Origin: an uncultured Phycisphaerales bacterium
Lineage (GTDB): Bacteria > Planctomycetota > Phycisphaerae > Sedimentisphaerales > Anaerobacaceae
Direction of reading: 5' to 3'
Length of the DNA stretch: 64,000 nt
Assembly (NCBI GenBank): GCA_963718665.1
Contig: OY970359.1
Span: 1,056,001-1,120,000 of the forward strand
Shown here: one piece after another, positions 48,668-58,484 of the stretch
Layout: each line of letters opens with the position of its first letter
How positions within the stretch are numbered: position 1 is the stretch's first letter
Made by a program: the position numbers and the translations under genes
The notes under the pieces: model-generated
Told to the model about the DNA's origin: nothing
Database searches by the model: none
What the model saw: the letters and a program-made list of their open reading frames with translations, nothing else

Positions 48668-50053
48668 CTAAAATGCCAGGACCTCGCACACAGGCGAAGC
48701 GCCGGCGTTGATTATTTTAATATATACGATTGCGTTCCTGCAAGGGGGAATATGCACGTCAAACGCGGTATAGCCACCAGCAAAAACCTGGAGTAAGCGG
48801 TTTTCCGGTATGGCACATCGGGCAACCTGGAAATCCTTGGGCAAAGCAGACCATATTCGCACGTCCGCCGCGGTAGTCGCTAAGCTGTAAACCGCTATGG
48901 CCGCCGTCATAATCCCGTAGTTGTCGTTGTTCCTGGCCGCGGCCTGTGCCGCCGCCTTGACCGCAGCGGATGCGATTGCCCTTATCAGGATGCCCTTGAA
49001 ATCCTTTTTGAATTCGGTCTCGATTACGCGTTCCATATCCACGACCTGTCTGGTCTGGTATTCGCCAGCATCGGTCTTGATATTCAGATAAGGATACGCA
49101 ACTCTTCTCGGAGTCAGCTTGGGCAGTGCGATTCCCGCGTAATAAATCCTGGAGCTGACCAGCACAAGCGGCAAGTCAACTCGGAACTCTCCTTTGACCG
49201 GCCCCAGCCCGTTTTCAAATATCACCCAGCACTGGTTTTCCAGTTTCGCTTTTCCGGATGCCACATCATCCGCGAAAACGAGGTCGTTTTTGATGTAGTC
49301 ATTGTCGGGGACCATTCCCGCGGTCTCTTTCAGCAGGTCGGCCGCCCTGTCGTTTTCGCCGATGAGCAGGAAATAAATCCCCGCCAGATACGTTGTGAAG
49401 GGATTCACAAAATCAGGATACGGCTTGAACTCGCTCAGGTCCGGGTAATTGGCATTGATGATTGCTGTTGTCTTGGGGTCGTCTGCCATTGCCTTGGCGT
49501 CGGTATTGGTTTTTTCCTTCTGCTTGTCGAGCTTGGCTTCGAGCTTTCTGATTTCCTCGTTAAAATGTTCCTTTGCCCGCGTTTGCCTGTCCAGGGCGCG
49601 GTTGAATTCCACCCTTGCCATGTCAGGTTTTTTCTCCGCCAGAAATTCGAGCGCCTTGTAAGTATTGACCATTATGCCGTCGTATTCCTGGCCCTTATAG
49701 GGGATAGCGTTGTCGTTGACGAGAGTAGAGCCGACAGTATCGAGAACTTCCGAGTTCGGAGCGAAGTAATTCATCATTTCTTCGGCTTTGTCGAATTTCG
49801 CGACGCTGTCGGCGTGGTCAAGCTGGGCTTTTTCTGATGCGGCAAGCTGAAGCGTCCAGAGAAGGTCATCGCCCGATGGTTTTTTATCCTTCTTGATTTT
49901 GCTTTCAGCGAATTTCCCCGCCTGGTTGAAATCTCCGGCCTCGAACTGCCTGTTGAAGGTGCCGAGGTCACTCATCGCCGGGTTGCACCCAGTCAGACAC
50001 AAGCTGGACACTAACGCTAAAATTGCTATCGTAATTTTTATTCGCATTTTCAT
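48668..50053 (-). CDS. COG3014-type TPR lipoprotein
   Basis: Lipobox LTGC; PY.G..YD.IMVN.YKAL, ARVEFNRA, ENGL.P.K and ADVR.W..LP motifs. Confidence 0.8.
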   Translation of the reverse strand: MKMRIKITIAILALVSSLCLTGCNPAMSDLGTFNRQFEAGDFNQAGKFAESKIKKDKKPSGDDLLWTLQLAASEKAQLDHADSVAKFDKAEEMMNYFAPNSEVLDTVGSTLVNDNAIPYKGQEYDGIMVNTYKALEFLAEKKPDMARVEFNRALDRQTRAKEHFNEEIRKLEAKLDKQKEKTNTDAKAMADDPKTTAIINANYPDLSEFKPYPDFVNPFTTYLAGIYFLLIGENDRAADLLKETAGMVPDNDYIKNDLVFADDVASGKAKLENQCWVIFENGLGPVKGEFRVDLPLVLVSSRIYYAGIALPKLTPRRVAYPYLNIKTDAGEYQTRQVVDMERVIETEFKKDFKGILIRAIASAAVKAAAQAAARNNDNYGIMTAAIAVYSLATTAADVRIWSALPKDFQVARCAIPENRLLQVFAGGYTAFDVHIPPCRNAIVYIKIINAGASPVCEVLAF

Positions 50054-50264
50054 TGTTTATCCTCTACACCAAAAATTGTCAGAGATATAGGATAGCAGTC
50101 CACCGGCTATTGTCAAGAAAACTTCGGATTTTATCGATTTCGCAGATTATCGCCGCTGCCCGGCGGGAAAAGTAAAAAACTGGAAAATTTTCCATTTTTT
50201 TGTTGCAGGTTTTGTAATTGGGCGGTAGAAGAGAGTTGCAGCAGTTCTTTGGAAAAGAAATATG

Positions 50265-50572
50265 GTAATCACAGGTTCAGCATAACAGATTCACCGCCGA
50301 GAACGCGGAGACCGCAGAGAAAAAATAAATTCAAATGAATCTCTGCGTGCTCAGCGGCCTTTGCGGTAAAAAATTTTGCTGGATAATCAAATGGGAACTC
50401 GGTTGAAAGCCGAGACCGACCCGCGGCTGTAAGCGTCTGTTCCGATGATGAATCGGAAGTCCTAAAGGCAGATATCCACTGTTTCGCGCTAATCTTAAGC
50501 AAAAAGAGAGATTGGTGCGGGGTGGGAAGGAGCTTTTAGGTAAGACGCGAGTCAGAAAACCTGCCTGTGGTG
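50265..50572 (+). promoter_or_regulatory. Cobalamin (B12) riboswitch aptamer
   Basis: CACAGGT...AATGGGAA-CTCGGTTGAAAGCCGAG-ACCGACCCGCGGCTGTAA...CCACTG...GGGAAGG...GAGTCAGAAAACCTGCCTGTG (B12 box closing P1). Confidence 0.92.
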
Positions 50573-50722
50573 AATTAAGTGGTTTACCCCGTGAGATAAA
50601 GCGTAGCGGAAAATATTTATATCGCTGATTAGTTATCTCACGGGGTTAATGGAGTTCTCGCGGAATGGAACTCGGCGCCGATGTGCTATAGCGCAGTTTT
50701 TGCGCTTTGTTTTTAGTTTATC

Positions 50723-50762
50723 AAGCCGTCGTTCCTTTCGCGGGACGACGGCTTTTTATTTT
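50723..50762 (+). terminator. Riboswitch-associated intrinsic terminator
   Basis: AAGCCGTCGTTCC-tttcgc-GGGACGACGGCTT followed by Ts; 50655-50676 is complementary and could act as antiterminator. Confidence 0.85.
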
Positions 50763-50883
50763 GCGCAGTTTTGGAGTTGACGCGTGAAAGGAGGTTCAAG
50801 GGCAATAGGTATTACCGGATTCATATGTGACGGAGAGGGGTAACAGTGATAAGAGAGTTTATTAGAGTTTTGGAGAAGAGAAA

Positions 50884-51447
50884 ATGGTTTCGAAGAAGGT
50901 GATGAGAGATTTAATGGTCGTTTTGCTAACAGGATTTTGCGGGACGGTTAGCTCAGTAGCAAATGCCGCGATTAATTACAATTTCGACGGCCTACCAGTA
51001 GCCATTGATTACTGGGCCGGCTCCGGAAGCAATGAGGCCGTTGTTGTCGTCGATTTTGGCGCAACCGGCGGCGACAGCTATGCTTTTGGTTTCGAGTGGA
51101 ACGGTATCGCAACCGGATATGATGCCCTTGTTGCAATTGCCGCGGCTGGCCCCCTAGAATTTGAGGCAACCGACTATGGTAGCATGGGCTACTATATTGA
51201 CAATTTCCAGTATAACGGCGAAAGCGGCAATCAAAGTTATTATTGGCAGTATTTCACCAGCAGCGACGGCAGCGTATGGGACTCATCTATGGTAGGCCCT
51301 TCCGACCGCATACTAACCAACGGCGATTTCGACGGCTGGTACAACAGCTTTAACCCCGGCGTGTCACCGACGACGCCGATTCCTGAGCCATTGACGATTG
51401 TTCTGTTGGGCGTTGGCGGTTTGTTTCTAAGGAAACGCAGAGCGTAA
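50884..51447 (+). CDS. PEP-CTERM surface protein with a DUF4430/transcobalamin-like domain
   Basis: Signal peptide; G.YID...YWQYF...S.VG.S.R.L..GD.DGW pattern; IPEP-TM-RKRR tail. Confidence 0.8.
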   Translation: MVSKKVMRDLMVVLLTGFCGTVSSVANAAINYNFDGLPVAIDYWAGSGSNEAVVVVDFGATGGDSYAFGFEWNGIATGYDALVAIAAAGPLEFEATDYGSMGYYIDNFQYNGESGNQSYYWQYFTSSDGSVWDSSMVGPSDRILTNGDFDGWYNSFNPGVSPTTPIPEPLTIVLLGVGGLFLRKRRA

Positions 51448-51520
51448 GCAGTTCACTTCAGCTTAACAGGCGGGTGGGGCTTATAACCATAGCCCCACCC
51501 GAAATCTGGAAAGGAAAATA

Positions 51521-52507
51521 ATGTTCGGCGCAAAAGCATATATAGGTTTTCTTGCGGTTTGTCTTTTCATTGCAACAGCCGCAAAGGCCTCCTATGTTTA
51601 TGACCCAAATGACTTTGCAGCAGAAGTTATCGATTACGTTCAGGGCACTGGTGTACCCAAAGATTTCCTGACAGGTCAACCGTTTAACGACCCCAATATG
51701 GCCTTAGGCAGACCAACGCTGGAAACTACCGGCGATGGCTGGTTCATATCGCCCAATGAGCAGGTGCCTGTTGTTCCGGTTTATCCTCCTTTTCGTTCTT
51801 TCGAATTGGTTGCCATCGGCACTGGCGGACGATTGACCGTCAAATTCAATCTTCGCGTCGTACATGACAAAAATAATCCCTATGGGATAGATTTCATCAT
51901 TTACGGTAATGCTTTTCTGACAATCAGCGGAGGTCAAAACTGGACAAACGGTAATCCGGAGCTAACCACTGTCGGTGGCTCGTGCTCAGCCAAGCCGGGT
52001 ATAGTCGCTGTCAGCCAGGATGGCAATAACTGGTATTATTTCTCGAACGGCCCATACGCGGATAGTTTTGCTCCTACCGCAAGCTATGAGTGGGACGACG
52101 TCAATAACGTATGGGGTGACGAGCTTGACCCCACTCGACCGATAGACCCCAATCTGACGGCCGCTTCCCTGAACGGTCTGACAGTCGCCGAGGTAATCAA
52201 TGCCTACAATGGCTCAGCTGGCGGAACCGGTTTTGACATAGGCACGCTCGGACTGGGCTGGATTCAATATGTCCGGATAGAAAATGGCCCAACCAGCGGC
52301 GTAATACCAGATATAGACGCCATCGCCGGTGTAAGCTGTTGCGGTGATTATAAACATCCCTACCCCGTGGGTGACTTGAATCAGGATTGCAGGGTCAATT
52401 TCGTTGACTTCGCGATACTGGCACAGCAATGGCATGCGGGAACTGGTTGGGATGATTTGTCAGATTTGGCTGACAACTGGCTAAAGTGTAGTTGTGAATA
52501 CCCATAA
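51521..52507 (+). CDS. Secreted cell-surface protein (possibly BtuH-like) with dockerin-like C-terminus
   Basis: FA.EV.DY..G, DP..ALG.P, G.GG.L...F, DF.IYGNAF, VSQDG, GGTGFDI; tail GDLNQDCRVNFVDFAILAQQW. Confidence 0.7.
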   Translation: MFGAKAYIGFLAVCLFIATAAKASYVYDPNDFAAEVIDYVQGTGVPKDFLTGQPFNDPNMALGRPTLETTGDGWFISPNEQVPVVPVYPPFRSFELVAIGTGGRLTVKFNLRVVHDKNNPYGIDFIIYGNAFLTISGGQNWTNGNPELTTVGGSCSAKPGIVAVSQDGNNWYYFSNGPYADSFAPTASYEWDDVNNVWGDELDPTRPIDPNLTAASLNGLTVAEVINAYNGSAGGTGFDIGTLGLGWIQYVRIENGPTSGVIPDIDAIAGVSCCGDYKHPYPVGDLNQDCRVNFVDFAILAQQWHAGTGWDDLSDLADNWLKCSCEYP

Positions 52508-52540
52508 ATCCGTGAGATTAATCCGCCGAAAGTTGATAAA

Positions 52541-53287
52541 ATGCGAAGCAGGGCTTTTACACTGGTAGAGTTGCTGGTTGTAATCTCCGTGGTAGCTGTC
52601 TTAATGGCATTTCTGATGCCGGCGCTGGCCAGAGCCAGGCAGCAGAGTAAAACCATAGTATGCCTGAGCAACCTCCGGCAAATGGCAATAGCTTCACAGG
52701 TGTATATAAGTAACAACGATGGCTCCTATCCCATCGCCTACACATCTCAATACGTATCTCCCCTGTCTGTCTCTTATGCCTGGGATTTTACAACGACGAC
52801 AAACTGGAACACGGGTGAGCAAAAAGTAATTCCGGGCTTATTATGGGAAGGCGAGACAATCGAGAAAATACAACAGTGCCCGTCTTTTAACGGCAGTGCT
52901 AACTGGCTTGAGGACCCTTACACAGGTTACAACTACAACACCAGCTACATAGGACACGGTCAGCTCGAAAGCATTCCTGCCCCTGCAAGGGTAGAAATGA
53001 TTAGAAGACCGAGTCGATGCGCCCTCTTCGGTGATGGCCAGTGGGCCGCTGGGGCAGATAAGTTTATGCGGGCGCCCTGGCCAAATCCAGGCGATGCGTC
53101 CTTTTCCGGCAGATACGCCGGAACACAAGGTTATCGGCATCAAGGCAAAACCAACGTTGCCTATTGTGACAACCACGCGGCGACCGTCAGCGAATGCTAT
53201 ACAAACACCGATAAAGCTGATGCAGCCAACATCGCCCCGGGCACGGGTTTTTTGTCGCCGGATAACAGCGCATACGACCCGGAGTAA
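52541..53287 (+). CDS. Prepilin-type N-methylation protein (DUF1559 / H-X9-DG type)
   Basis: RA|FTLVELLVVI...L.PAL.RAR...C.SNLRQ; C-terminal RHQGKTNVAYCDNH. Confidence 0.92.
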   Translation: MRSRAFTLVELLVVISVVAVLMAFLMPALARARQQSKTIVCLSNLRQMAIASQVYISNNDGSYPIAYTSQYVSPLSVSYAWDFTTTTNWNTGEQKVIPGLLWEGETIEKIQQCPSFNGSANWLEDPYTGYNYNTSYIGHGQLESIPAPARVEMIRRPSRCALFGDGQWAAGADKFMRAPWPNPGDASFSGRYAGTQGYRHQGKTNVAYCDNHAATVSECYTNTDKADAANIAPGTGFLSPDNSAYDPE

Positions 53288-53353
53288 AAAAGCCACAAAA
53301 ACACCAAGGCACAAATCTTTATATTTTCACGTCTTTATGGTAATCTGCCGCGA

Positions 53354-54070
53354 ATGCGGCTGCAATTTATCGTATGCAAGGTGATGCAAAAAGAGGCGTA
53401 TTATTGCGCTGCCCGCTCGCCAAACACAGTTGACGTGGTGGTGATGAAACAGGGGCTGCACAATGAGCCGGAAAAATTGCGCCGGGAGGTTCAAAAGGCG
53501 CTCGATACGACAACTGATACCCAGAACAGACCCTACGATGCTTCGCTTCTGGGATATGGGCTTTGCAGTAACGGGATAATCGGCTTGTCGGCCAAAATTC
53601 CGATTATTGTGCCGAGAGGACATGACTGCGTAACACTCCTTTTGGGCTCGAAAGACGTATATAAGGAGTATTTTGACAGCCACCGCGGGGTTTACTGGTT
53701 CAGTCCGGGATGGATTGAGACGGATATGCAGCCCGGCAAGGAACGCTTCGAGAGGACGCTCAAGGAATATATTGAAAAATTCGGTGAGGACAACGCCAAG
53801 TATCTTATGGAAACCGAGCAGAGCTGGATGAAGGAATACAACTGGGCGACGTATATCGACTGGGGATTTGCCAACAATGAGCGAGAAAAGCAGTTCACTA
53901 AAAAGGCGGCGGAATATCTCAACTGGAAGTATGATGAAGTCAAGGGTGATTCGGGCCTGATGCAGCGGCTTGTGGACGGCCGATGGAATGAGAAGGATTT
54001 TCTGGTTGTTAAGCCGGGACAGAAAATAACAGAGGATTTAACGAACGACGGCCTGATAAAAGCTGAGTAA
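53354..54070 (+). CDS. DUF1638 domain protein
   Basis: I.C.V, GLH..P..LR, LGYGLC.NG, PR.HDC..LLLGS motifs. Confidence 0.88.
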   Translation: MRLQFIVCKVMQKEAYYCAARSPNTVDVVVMKQGLHNEPEKLRREVQKALDTTTDTQNRPYDASLLGYGLCSNGIIGLSAKIPIIVPRGHDCVTLLLGSKDVYKEYFDSHRGVYWFSPGWIETDMQPGKERFERTLKEYIEKFGEDNAKYLMETEQSWMKEYNWATYIDWGFANNEREKQFTKKAAEYLNWKYDEVKGDSGLMQRLVDGRWNEKDFLVVKPGQKITEDLTNDGLIKAE

Positions 54071-54078
54071 GGTGTTGA

Positions 54079-55059
54079 ATGATAAGTGAAATTGTATCAG
54101 CGATTGATTTTGGGAGGCATAAACTTACGCCATGGGGAGTTATATCCGTTCTGATTTTTGTCGGCGTCACATTCGCAGTTTACGCGGCTGAGGCATACCT
54201 GATAATTGGCATTGTAAAAAGCAAGCGAAGGGGACAAGTAATTCCGAAGCGATTCCGATCCGCGGGCGCGATAATTATTCATTTGCTGGCGATAGTGGGA
54301 ACGGCCTGTTTATTATACGGCCATCTTATCGAGCCATACTGGGTAGAGGTTAAAAAAGTCGAAATCCCTACGAGCAAATTGCATCAAACCACGGTGCGGA
54401 TAGTGCAAATATCGGATACGCATTGCACCATAAGACCGCTCAATGAGAAAAAAATGGTGGAAATAATTAATCGTCTAAAGCCGGACATTATCGTATTTAC
54501 AGGCGATTCAGCAAACAACTCAAGGGGATTAAAGCGGTTTAAAGAAACAATGGGGAAGCTGGAGGCCCGGCTCGGAAAATTTGCTGTGCGCGGAAATATC
54601 GATGATTACTTCTGGCTAAGGACGGACATCTTCAGCGGGACAGGTTTCGTTGACCTTGACGAAAACAGCATCGAAATTGATAAAAATGGGGAGAAGGTTT
54701 GGATTACAGGAGTTTCCTGCGAAAAGGAAGGCAAGGCAGGTGATGTGCTGAAGAAAGTGCCTGACGATTGCTTCAGTGTTTTTCTTTATCACTACCCTGA
54801 TTTGGTGGAAGATTTGAACGGTATGCACGTTGATTTATATCTTGCGGGACATACTCACGGCGGGCAGATTGCCCTGCCGTTTTACGGCGCGATTATTACG
54901 CTCTCTAAATTCGGTAAAAAATACGAATCCGGCGAGTACAAGGTCGGCAACACTATTCTTTATGTAAATCGCGGTCTTGGACTGGCCGCCGGCTTTAACC
55001 CGAAGATGAGATTTTTTGCGAGACCTGAAATAACAGTTTTTGATTTGAAGCCGAAATAG
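54079..55059 (+). CDS. Membrane-anchored metallophosphoesterase (YkuE-like)
   Basis: SDTH, TGD, GN.D, H.PD, GHTHGGQ and RPEI motifs. Confidence 0.9.
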   Translation: MISEIVSAIDFGRHKLTPWGVISVLIFVGVTFAVYAAEAYLIIGIVKSKRRGQVIPKRFRSAGAIIIHLLAIVGTACLLYGHLIEPYWVEVKKVEIPTSKLHQTTVRIVQISDTHCTIRPLNEKKMVEIINRLKPDIIVFTGDSANNSRGLKRFKETMGKLEARLGKFAVRGNIDDYFWLRTDIFSGTGFVDLDENSIEIDKNGEKVWITGVSCEKEGKAGDVLKKVPDDCFSVFLYHYPDLVEDLNGMHVDLYLAGHTHGGQIALPFYGAIITLSKFGKKYESGEYKVGNTILYVNRGLGLAAGFNPKMRFFARPEITVFDLKPK

Positions 55060-55061
55060 GT

Positions 55062-57014
55062 ATGCCAGACAGTGATATACAGGTAAAACAAACGGAAATA
55101 TCCAGGACGGTGTTAATATGCGTTGTCCTGGCGGCGGCGACGTTTGCAGCTTTTGAAGGGGTAAGGTCGAACTATTTTGTTTTTTATGACGACGACAAAT
55201 ATATTACCGGCAACGATGCGGTGTTAAGGGGGTTTAGTATTGAGTCGCTCAGATGGGCGTTTACGACCGGGTATCAGGGGAACTGGCATCCGCTGACGTG
55301 GGTAAGTCATCTTATTGATGTTTCCGTTTTTGGTCTTAACCCGGCAGGACACCATTTGGTCAGTGTCGGTTTTCACATCGCAAACGTAATCCTGCTTTTT
55401 TTGATATTGAAAAAAATGACGTCCGCGGTCTGGCTAAGTGCATTTGTCGCGGCAGTGTTCGGTTTGCATCCTATTGGCGTGGAATCCGTCGCCTGGGCCG
55501 CCGAGCGTAAAAATGTTTTGAGCAGCTTTTTTGCGTTTTTGACGATATGGGCATATTTGCGGTACGCGCGAAAGCCGGGGTTGTGGCGATACTCGGCGAT
55601 GACAATTCTTTTCACGGCGGGATTGCTTTCCAAGTCAATGCTGGTAACGCTGCCTTTTGTTTTGATTTTGCTGGACTATTGGCCGATTGCCAGGTTCGGG
55701 GAGCTGAAGGGGCGGCGGTGGCTTTGGCGGGCGATTATCGATAAAACCCCGCTTATAGCGATTTCGGCGGCGTTTTGCGCTGTAACGTATCTGGTGCAGG
55801 CCAAAGCGGGAGCAGTGCCGGATATGGTTTCGTTGCCAATAAGCTTACGGGCCAGCAACGCGCTGGTGTCGTATATCAGATATATCGGCAAGATTTTTTA
55901 CCCGACCCCGCTGGCGGCTTTGTATCCGCTTGATGCTAACGGATATCCGTCGTGGAAGGTGATTTTGTGCCTTGTGCTGCTGCTGGCATTGACGACGGCA
56001 GTAATTATTGAGAGATACAGGCACAGATTCTTGCTGACGGGGTGGTTTTGGTATTTGGGGACATTGGTGCCCGTTATCGGTCTGGTCCAGGTGGGCGTGC
56101 AGGCGATGGCGGACCGATATATGTACCTGCCCGGCATAGGTATTTATATCGTAGTCGCCTGGCTTGCCAGCGAAATATCGGCGAAATCGCGTCTGCCAAA
56201 AATTGTTCCGGCTGTAACGGGCACGGCAGTCCTGCTCGCGTTGCTGCTGATGACCAGAGCGCAGGTCAGATACTGGAAGAACAGCGAATCGCTGTTTAAG
56301 CACACCCTGGATGTAACGACAAATAATTACGTGATGCACAATAATTACGGCGAGGTTTTCAAAGAATCAGGGCGTTTGGATGAAGCTATAGAAAATTTCA
56401 GGCAGGCGCTGGCGGTGTATCCGATGGGGATAGAAGCGCATGAAAAGCTTGCACAAGCGTTGCAGGACAAGGGGCAGGACGCCGAAGCGGCCGCTGAGTT
56501 CGAGCTGGCGCTGCGGGCAAAGCCGGACGGAACCGAGACACGAAATCGCTATGGGGTCTCGCTTGTAAAAATTAAGCAGTATAACAAAGCGTTTGAACAA
56601 TTCGACAAGGTGCTGACGGAGAATCCGCACGAGTTGAGCGCATTGAATAATCTTTATAAAGCCGGCGTCGAGAGCGGACAGATTGATAAGGCGCTGGGTA
56701 TGATTCTGAATTTACAGGCGAAAGACCCGAATAATTTCGAGTTCTACCAGAAAGGCGGGTTGCTTTACGGCATAAAGGGCGACATAAATACCGCGACAGA
56801 GCAGCTCGAAAAGGCGTGCAGATTGTCCAATTATCAGGTTTCGGAGCCGATGGCGTTTCTTTCGCAGGCGTACGCCGCCAAAAAGGATATGAAAAGCGCC
56901 ATCGATATGGCACAAAAGGCGCTTTCGGCGGCCCAGAAAGAAGGCAGAGACGATGTTGTTACACAGCTAAGGGCCAGTTTGGAATCGTATCAGCGGGCAA
57001 TGAAAGGAAATTGA
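55062..57014 (+). CDS. TMTC-like GT-C membrane protein with TPR repeats (paralog of 23036-25039)
   Basis: YDDDKYI, NWHPLTW, HP..VESVAW.AERK and MADRY motifs; TPRs. Confidence 0.85.
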   Translation: MPDSDIQVKQTEISRTVLICVVLAAATFAAFEGVRSNYFVFYDDDKYITGNDAVLRGFSIESLRWAFTTGYQGNWHPLTWVSHLIDVSVFGLNPAGHHLVSVGFHIANVILLFLILKKMTSAVWLSAFVAAVFGLHPIGVESVAWAAERKNVLSSFFAFLTIWAYLRYARKPGLWRYSAMTILFTAGLLSKSMLVTLPFVLILLDYWPIARFGELKGRRWLWRAIIDKTPLIAISAAFCAVTYLVQAKAGAVPDMVSLPISLRASNALVSYIRYIGKIFYPTPLAALYPLDANGYPSWKVILCLVLLLALTTAVIIERYRHRFLLTGWFWYLGTLVPVIGLVQVGVQAMADRYMYLPGIGIYIVVAWLASEISAKSRLPKIVPAVTGTAVLLALLLMTRAQVRYWKNSESLFKHTLDVTTNNYVMHNNYGEVFKESGRLDEAIENFRQALAVYPMGIEAHEKLAQALQDKGQDAEAAAEFELALRAKPDGTETRNRYGVSLVKIKQYNKAFEQFDKVLTENPHELSALNNLYKAGVESGQIDKALGMILNLQAKDPNNFEFYQKGGLLYGIKGDINTATEQLEKACRLSNYQVSEPMAFLSQAYAAKKDMKSAIDMAQKALSAAQKEGRDDVVTQLRASLESYQRAMKGN

Positions 57015-57018
57015 GGAA

Positions 57019-57576
57019 GTGGAATTGCTTTCGGTTATTACGATAGCAGTTGGTCTGGCGATGGATACCTTCGCGGTGTCAATCGTTACCGGTGCCGCGT
57101 ATAAACAGTTGCACATCCGTCATACGCTGCGAATGGCGGGATTCTTCGGCGGGTTTCAGGCGCTTATGCCCGTTGTCGGTTATCTGGCGGGGCTGACGGT
57201 GAGACAATACGTGTCGAATTATGACCACTGGATTGCCTTCGGAATACTTGCCGCAGTTGGGCTCAAGATGATTTACGAGTCGTTCAAAATCAAAGAGGAA
57301 AGACAAACCCCGAATCCGGCGAATCTTCTGGTGGTGCTTGCCCTTGCGGTGGCGACGAGCATCGACGCCCTGGCGGTCGGCATTACGATTTCACTTATTA
57401 CACATGCGATTGCGCTGACGGTTATCATTATCGGTGCGGTAACTTTCGGCTTGTCGTTTGCCGGCGTCTATATCGGCAAAAAATTCGGGCATTTCTTCGA
57501 GGGCGGTATCGAAATAATCGGCGGCCTTGTCCTCATCGCCCTCGGCCTTAAAATCGTCCTCCAGCACGTCGCTTAA
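57019..57576 (+). CDS. mntP: Manganese efflux pump MntP family
   Basis: GLAMD.FAVS, FQ..MP, DHWIAF and ATSIDALAVG motifs. Confidence 0.92.
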   Translation: MELLSVITIAVGLAMDTFAVSIVTGAAYKQLHIRHTLRMAGFFGGFQALMPVVGYLAGLTVRQYVSNYDHWIAFGILAAVGLKMIYESFKIKEERQTPNPANLLVVLALAVATSIDALAVGITISLITHAIALTVIIIGAVTFGLSFAGVYIGKKFGHFFEGGIEIIGGLVLIALGLKIVLQHVA

Positions 57577-58343
57577 ATTAAACCAGCGGCGGGGGAATCA
57601 ATCAGCCAGAGGACTTTATCCAGAACAGGCCAGAGGACGTGAATCGGATAGCGAATCTCATCGGGCGGGCCGGCGAGAACTTGTTTTAAGGTTTCGGCTT
57701 TTTCGGAACCGCTGACAAGAACGACTACCTGTGAAGCAGCGCAGATAACGGGATGAGTAAGCGTGATTCTGTTAACGGTCTTGTCGGGCAATTTCTGGTC
57801 CAAAAGATAAACCACGCAGGCGAGGTCTTTTGTATCAAAGCAGGCGTTGGAGTTCGGGAAAAGTGAGCCAGTATGGCCATCAGACCCCATACCGAGAATG
57901 ATAAGGTCGAATTTCGGCAGTTGACCCGATTTTATGTGAAAGACGCTGCGAAGTGTTTTCTCGTATTGCCTGGCAGCGGAATCGAAGTCCTCGAAGTCGG
58001 TCGAAATCGGGTGGATGTTTTCTTTGGGTATTGGGACTTTCGTCAGAAATGTATCCGCGGCGAGTTTGTAGTTGCTGTGTGGTGAATCGTGGGGGACATA
58101 TCTTTCATCGACCCAGAATAAATTAATTTTATCCCACGGCAGCGACAACGCCTTTTTTTCTGAGCCGATAATTTCAAAGAATCGCTGCGGGCTTCTGCCT
58201 CCGGATATCGCCAGATAAAAAGCGTCTTTTTGTTTGATGGTTTCTTCGACTGAGGCGACAAACAAGTCGAGGCATTTGTATGCGAGCGCATCGACGTCTG
58301 TGACGATTTGCGTGTTCGGCTTTTTTTGTTTTGTCAGGGACAT
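57573..58343 (-). CDS. pgl: 6-phosphogluconolactonase
   Basis: SGG.SP, DERYVP...SNY, LGMG.DGHT.SLFP and RITLT motifs. Confidence 0.95.
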   Translation of the reverse strand: MSLTKQKKPNTQIVTDVDALAYKCLDLFVASVEETIKQKDAFYLAISGGRSPQRFFEIIGSEKKALSLPWDKINLFWVDERYVPHDSPHSNYKLAADTFLTKVPIPKENIHPISTDFEDFDSAARQYEKTLRSVFHIKSGQLPKFDLIILGMGSDGHTGSLFPNSNACFDTKDLACVVYLLDQKLPDKTVNRITLTHPVICAASQVVVLVSGSEKAETLKQVLAGPPDEIRYPIHVLWPVLDKVLWLIDSPAAGLI

Positions 58344-58484
58344 CGCCGGAGAGTCCTTTCATAAAACGATAATCAAATTAACAATATATTATACCGTCCG
58401 GCAGGATGATTTGTGCAGGTTTTTAGGGTTTTCATAACTCTTTGGCAAACAAAGAGTTATGAATAGTAAAATTGGAGGAAATCA

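Noticed and set aside
50269..50502. 77-aa minus-strand ORF
   Set aside because: Lies antisense within the cobalamin riboswitch and its repeat insert.
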